Source of the DNA: Octopus bimaculoides
Lineage: Eukaryota
Length of the DNA: 55,611 nt
Assembly (NCBI RefSeq): GCF_001194135.2
Contig: NC_068999.1
Coordinates: forward strand, 36,342,708 to 36,398,318
Direction: 5' to 3'
In this document: positions 50,163 to 55,611 of the stretch, piece by piece
Layout: the number at the start of each line of letters is the position of its first letter
Position numbering within the stretch: the first letter of the stretch is position 1
Notes under the pieces: model-generated
Seen by the model: the letters and a program-made list of their open reading frames with translations, nothing else
Database searches by the model: none
Told to the model about the DNA's origin: nothing
Position numbers and translations under genes: made by a program

Positions 50163-52099
50163 GGCGTGTATAACTGAGTGGGTGTAAGTATGTTTTTGAA
50201 GGAACACCATTCCGTACAACTCTACTGAATTGAAAGTAATTGCTCTCAATCGAAACCCTATCCAATTTTGTGATTCCTACATATTTCTCTATCTGCTGTC
50301 CAACAATTGACACTGTTCGTTTTACTGTAATAGATATAATATAAAAACTTTCGCGTTTGCCTAGGTATTTCCTGGTTCAGTTATGTTAGAGTAATATATA
50401 CTATTAACCGCCAGAGCATATACACAAGGAAACAATTGCTACGTTTACCAATAACCTTTCTACAGAAAAAGGAAAAAAAAAAGACTGTAACTTCAGTATT
50501 TAAGCAGGCAATTTAAATGTGAGTAAACTATTGCCGTATCTGTAGGTTCTGACACAAAAGAATTACTGAACAAAAACGATACGAGGATGGAAGCTGGAAG
50601 GATTTATAAAAAAAAAATGTCCGGATACAAACAAGAGAATGAAAAATGGTGGCCTTGACACCGCGATTTTCTTACGATTAACAAATGTTGCGATGGTTCA
50701 TGTAAAGTCATAAAACTGTAGGAGCATTAAGAGACGAAATGGTTCTTCTTCACAATGCAAACATCATTAAAATCCCTTTCAATCAATGTTTATGAAGATT
50801 TCGCTACAGTGAATGTTTCGTGTAAAGCTTTGTATGAGGTTGCTAACAAGATCAGTGCTATAGAATACAATCAAAGACTAGGTTCTATACATTTGCCTTG
50901 TTTGAATAGGCACTAATAGAATATGATTTCCTTGTTAGCAGAATCTAAGTTAGCGTTCGTTTCTACATAGTAAACTCGCATCAAATATATACCTGCAGTA
51001 ACAAGTTGCAAGCAAGCAGACGATCGATATAAAATATTTGTCGTATTAAAGTGAAGTCTAGGCTAAGCCCAGCATTAGAAGCTGATATCTGATGCGTGTG
51101 TGCAACAGATATCCTCCCACACACGTACAAGCATTTGTACAGATATATACACACACAAAATAAACTACGCACACGCATTTATAAACACAGATGTGATGAA
51201 TGGGTGTATGTATTTAAGAAGTTGTTCAAATGCAAATGAAGTTATAAATAATAGCTCATGAGTAAATCCTGTAAAATACTCGTCAGACAGTCAAAGAGTA
51301 GACAGTAGTCGACAACTAACAAATAACAAGACAAACAGTGGACGGAAACTGAAGCATGTGTCTACGGCATGTCAAATAGTTGTGTTGTCACGACACTAAG
51401 GCGATGGAACGGTTGTTTATGTCTAATGAAGAGGCTTGTTCTTGTACAAGCGAGAAAATGAATAAAATTGATTTAGTTTGCTTATTAAAGTAATGACAAT
51501 TTGAAGGTACGTATTTTTAAAACCTTGATGACATGCAAATAGGGTTATAAATAGTACCACATAACATATCAGGTAGAATTGTCTTAAGCTACAATGAAAG
51601 TGGACAAAATCAGATTCGCACACACACACACGCACACGCGCACGCACACACACACACACACACACACACNNNNNNNNNNNNNNNNNNNNNNNNNNNNNNN
51701 NNNNNNNNNNNNNNNNNNNNNNNNNNNNNNNNNNNNNNNNNNNNNNNNNNNNNNNNNNNNNNNNNNNNNNNNNNNNNNNNNNNNNNNNNNNNNNNNNNNN
51801 NNNNNNNNNNNNNNNNNNNNNNNNNNNNNNNNNNNNNNNNNNNNNNNNNNNNNNNNNNNNNNNNNNNNNNNNNNNNNNNNNNNNNNNNNNNNNNNNNNNN
51901 NNNNNNNNNNNNNNNNNNNNNNNNNNNNNNNNNNNNNNNNNNNNNNNNNNNNNNNNNNNNNNNNNNNNNNNNNNNNNNNNNNNNNNNNNNNNNNNNNNNN
52001 NNNNNNNNNNNNNNNNNNNNNNNNNNATATATATATATATATATATATATACCATTAGAGATCACCGAAAAAAATGACTTCAACCAAACGGAATTTCAA

Positions 52100-52800
52100 C
52101 CAGGCACCTCATTCATGTAGGGATCTAGAGAATATCAACTATAATTGCCAACACTACACCCTCTGTGTGCCTGAAGGTATGGAAGTGGCGGTGTTTCATT
52201 GCTAAAAGTGTGTGATATTCACTTGACACAATGAAAGGTATGGCATCTGTAGCTCGAAAAAGGTTCAACCATCCCTCATCAACGAAGAACACGACTGACT
52301 TTGCAGTATTTCTGCAAGGTACAAACAATCTTATGGGGTGGCAAACCGCCACTGCCCCAATTATACTACACAATATGTGCACTGTGAAATTTATGAATGT
52401 GGTCGTGTTTGATTTTCATCACAAGACTATTTGACCCTTCTTTGGAGGATTATCATTCGTGCACCACGCAGTCTTGCTCACGAGATACGGATGCTGGACT
52501 AAAGTAAGATTTTCTTTTTCAAAAACGAGAAAGTGCTGCTTGAATATCAAACTCACCGTCTCAATCTCAAACAAAATCCCCAGGGGTATAATAAACCTAA
52601 TGCATCTAAGCATGTATGAGAGTGCAAGAAATTTATAAATTAGCTGAAAGGACCTCGAGACCTCGTAGGCATAAAGTATCGTTCCTGACGTTTGACCTAT
52701 ATTGTGGTTCCTAGCCTAGCTTGACTCCAGTCACTTGTCGGTGTCAACCTCAAAATTGTGGAGATTAAGCTAGCTTATTCCTTCATGCCGCCTTTCAAGT
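52100..52800 (+). mobile_element. Degenerate apurinic-type endonuclease of an RTE-like LINE
   Basis: RYGICSSKKVQPSLINEEH..CSISARYK...CPNYTT and DSSHL resemble GVGxxLSKK..SLI..E...ISARF...YAPT and SDH. Confidence 0.4.
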
Positions 52801-53203
52801 AAATCAAATTGTACCACAAAACAGGCACGGTATTTAATGTGCATATGCACACATTAGTGAATGGCCATTAACAGTCTTCATTTCATCTACGCTCTGACAG
52901 GTTTTGTTTTATTCATTCTGTATTTAAAGGATGATGCTGGAGGCATCAACTTTTAAACAAAGCAAACTTGGTGAGATTCCCTGCTTACTCTCTAACTCGA
53001 CCAAGCAATAGGATATACTGGCTTTCATGTAACGAATACCACTTTCAAGCAATGTAACAAGCATACACATGCATATAGGCACAGGCATTTAATACGTGAA
53101 ATAGAAATGAATACTCACTTTTGAAACTTATCAGGGGAGTAATGCATGCATACAGGCGCGCATGAGATAATGCATGCACACACGCGCACATGCATAAATA
53201 ACT

Positions 53204-53290
<87 letters not shown>

Positions 53291-53403
53291 TATGTGTGTA
53301 TGTATGTGTGCATGTATGTATTCCATATATGTCTTTGTGTGAATGTATAAGTAGATGAATATATATATATATATATATATATATTTTATATAGTATATAC
53401 ATT

Positions 53404-53785
53404 CTTTATTCCTTTATTCTTTTACTTGTTTCAGTCATTTGACTGCGGCCATGCTGGAGCACCGCCTTTAGTCGAGCAAATCGACCCCAGGACTTATTCT
53501 TTGTAAGCTTAGGACTTATTCTATCGGTCTCTTTAGCCGAACTGCTAAGTTGCGGGAACGTAAACAAAGCAACATAGGTTGTCAACCGATGGTGGTGAGA
53601 TAAAAACAGACACACAAATACATATATATACGACGGGTTTTTTTTCGGTTTCCGTCTACCAAATCCACTCACAAGGTTTTGGTCGACCCGAAACTATAGT
53701 AGAAGGCACCTGCCCAAAGTGCCACGCAGTGGGACCGAGCACAGTGGTTGGGAAGCAAGGTTCTTATCACACAGTCACTCCTGTA
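53404..53785 (-). mobile_element. Family D SINE, full length
   Basis: Complete tail-to-head match with the other D copies; CORE-like cacctgcccaaagtgcc. Confidence 0.92.
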
Positions 53786-54417
53786 TATATTATATATGTA
53801 CATGTATATATATTTGCGTGTATATATCTATATATATGGATGCACATACACACACATACATATATGCATATGAATATATGTGTGTATATAATATATATAT
53901 ATATATATGTATATGTATGTATATGCATATATATATATATATATATATACATACATACATATATATATATATGGCTATATATATGTGCATAAATATATAT
54001 ATATGTATATGTATANNNNNNNNNNNNNNNNNNNNNNNNNNNNNNNNNNNNNNNNNNNNNNNNNNNNNNNNNNNNNNNNNNNNNNNNNNNNNNNNNNNNN
54101 NNNNNNNNNNNNNNNNNNNNNNNNNNNNNNNNNNNNNNNNNNNNNNNNNNNNNNNNNNNNNNNNNNNNNNNNNNNNNNNNNNNNNNNNNNNNNNNNNNNN
54201 NNNNNNNNNNNNNNNNNNNNNNNNNNNNNNNNNNNNNNNNNNNNNNNNNNNNNNNNNNNNNNNNNNNNNNNNNNNNNNNNNNNNNNNNNNNNNNNNNNNN
54301 NNNNNNNNNNNNNNNNNNNNNNNNNNNNNNNNNNNNNNNNNNNNNNNNNNNNNNNNNNNNNNNNNNNNNNNNNNNNNNNNNNNNNNNNNNNNNNNNNNNN
54401 NNNNNNNNNNNNNNNNN

Positions 54418-54489
<72 letters not shown>

Positions 54490-54689
54490 CATATGTTGTT
54501 TGTTGCGGTCACAATATTCGATGCTTTATTGTTCTTGTCAGCTGAACCAATGAGTGCTTTCAAAACGGTTTTATTATCGTCTATTCTCATAGTACAGCTA
54601 TTTAGTATCTATCAGTCGATACGCGAGCGGAACATCTTTAGTTGCATGCAAATGCTCGTGTGCGCGTGCGCACACACACTCACACACAC

Positions 54690-54795
54690 ATATACATATG
54701 CACATATACATATGCACATATACATATGCACATATACACATATACATATGCACATACACACATATACATATGCACATATACATATGCACATATAC
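54690..54795. repeat. ~14-bp minisatellite (cacatatacatatg)
   Basis: Directly visible. Confidence 0.8.
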
Positions 54796-54906
54796 ACACG
54801 TATCTACGCACAGAGATACGTACAAATGCCACCTACACATGTCTACACCTGCGTTCACCTGAATAAGTATGCGTATGGATAGACACATATTGATGTTGAG
54901 GTACCG

Positions 54907-54918
54907 ATAGATAGATAA

Positions 54919-54990
<72 letters not shown>

Positions 54991-54993
54991 GTG

Positions 54994-55037
<44 letters not shown>

Positions 55038-55038
55038 T
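54907..55038. repeat. (GATA)n microsatellite
   Basis: Directly visible; a second tract lies at 55245-55325. Confidence 0.95.
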
Positions 55039-55255
55039 CATGTTTCTCCCTCTTTTACTTTGTTCTTGGTGACTTGTTCTTTGTGATATAATACTTGGGA
55101 AAGAATATATTTGCGGCTGAAGATAGCTTTATACCTTCCTGTCTATCAATTATTTACCAATATAATGACGCAACGACTATAAAGCTTGAAACACGTGTAC
55201 CGCGGAATCTTTTGTGTTCGGTTTTTATTTTTACGTTTTTAATTTAGATAGATAC

Positions 55256-55325
<70 letters not shown>

Positions 55326-55326
<1 letters not shown>

Positions 55327-55611
55327 CATTTCTTTTATTAGTCACACAGGGCTCAACAAAGATGGGACAAATACAATGTAGAGCTTTTCTTTTTTGGGAG
55401 GGGGAAGGAAAAAAAGAAAAAACAATAGGGGTGAGTCGATCAAAAGGGATCATAGGAAGGGAAAAAGGGGAAAGTTCAATCAAAAGGGATCGAGAAAAAA
55501 AAAGCGATCAATAGGGATCGTGTATCACACAGTAATGTTCTCGTGTAAAAAGAGGGGAGGACAGTTTAGGTTTAGCCGTGGAAAGAAAAGCCTACGGAAA
55601 AGACCACGGTA
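55326..55611 (-). mobile_element. Probable LINE (L1/Tx1-like) 3' UTR ending at (TATC)n; runs off the window
   Basis: Minus strand is pyrimidine-rich, with AATAAA immediately before (TATC)n and three imperfect atcaa(a/t)agggatc repeats; clade assignment is from memory only. Confidence 0.4.

Overview
This is AT-rich, microsatellite-dense eukaryotic DNA with 16 assembly gaps, nearly all bordered by simple repeats. The repeat landscape (several tRNA-derived SINE families plus Dong/R4, RTE, CR1-like and Penelope-like retroelements) looks like an octopus/coleoid cephalopod short-read assembly; this is an inference from remembered repeat families, not a database result. No intact gene, rRNA, true tRNA or CRISPR array is visible, and most ORFs in the supplied track are microsatellite or N-run artefacts. 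The well-supported features are decayed mobile elements: a 5'-truncated Dong/R4 RLE-LINE (6670-8615) and a second 3' end of that clade (46927-47440), a Penelope-like RT/GIY-YIG segment missed by the ORF track (24133-25006), a complete IR/DR-type Tc1 element (48482-50100), and CR1-, RTE-, mariner-, Tc1-, Harbinger- and possibly MULE/pogo relics, plus more than 20 SINE copies. The window may be intronic in a + strand host gene, with candidate phase-2 exons at 634-756 and 14716-14790 that join into a CUB-like stretch. The most striking signal is a perfect zero-spacer 344-bp palindrome (1847-2190) built from a terminally redundant 152-nt monomer. Each arm carries a hammerhead-ribozyme-shaped motif with a variant core (CAGUUGA), and a second hammerhead-like motif with a palindromic stem III lies at 27558-27602. 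This suggests a Penelope/retrozyme-like small (possibly circular) RNA system. All element boundaries are approximate unless a junction is quoted.
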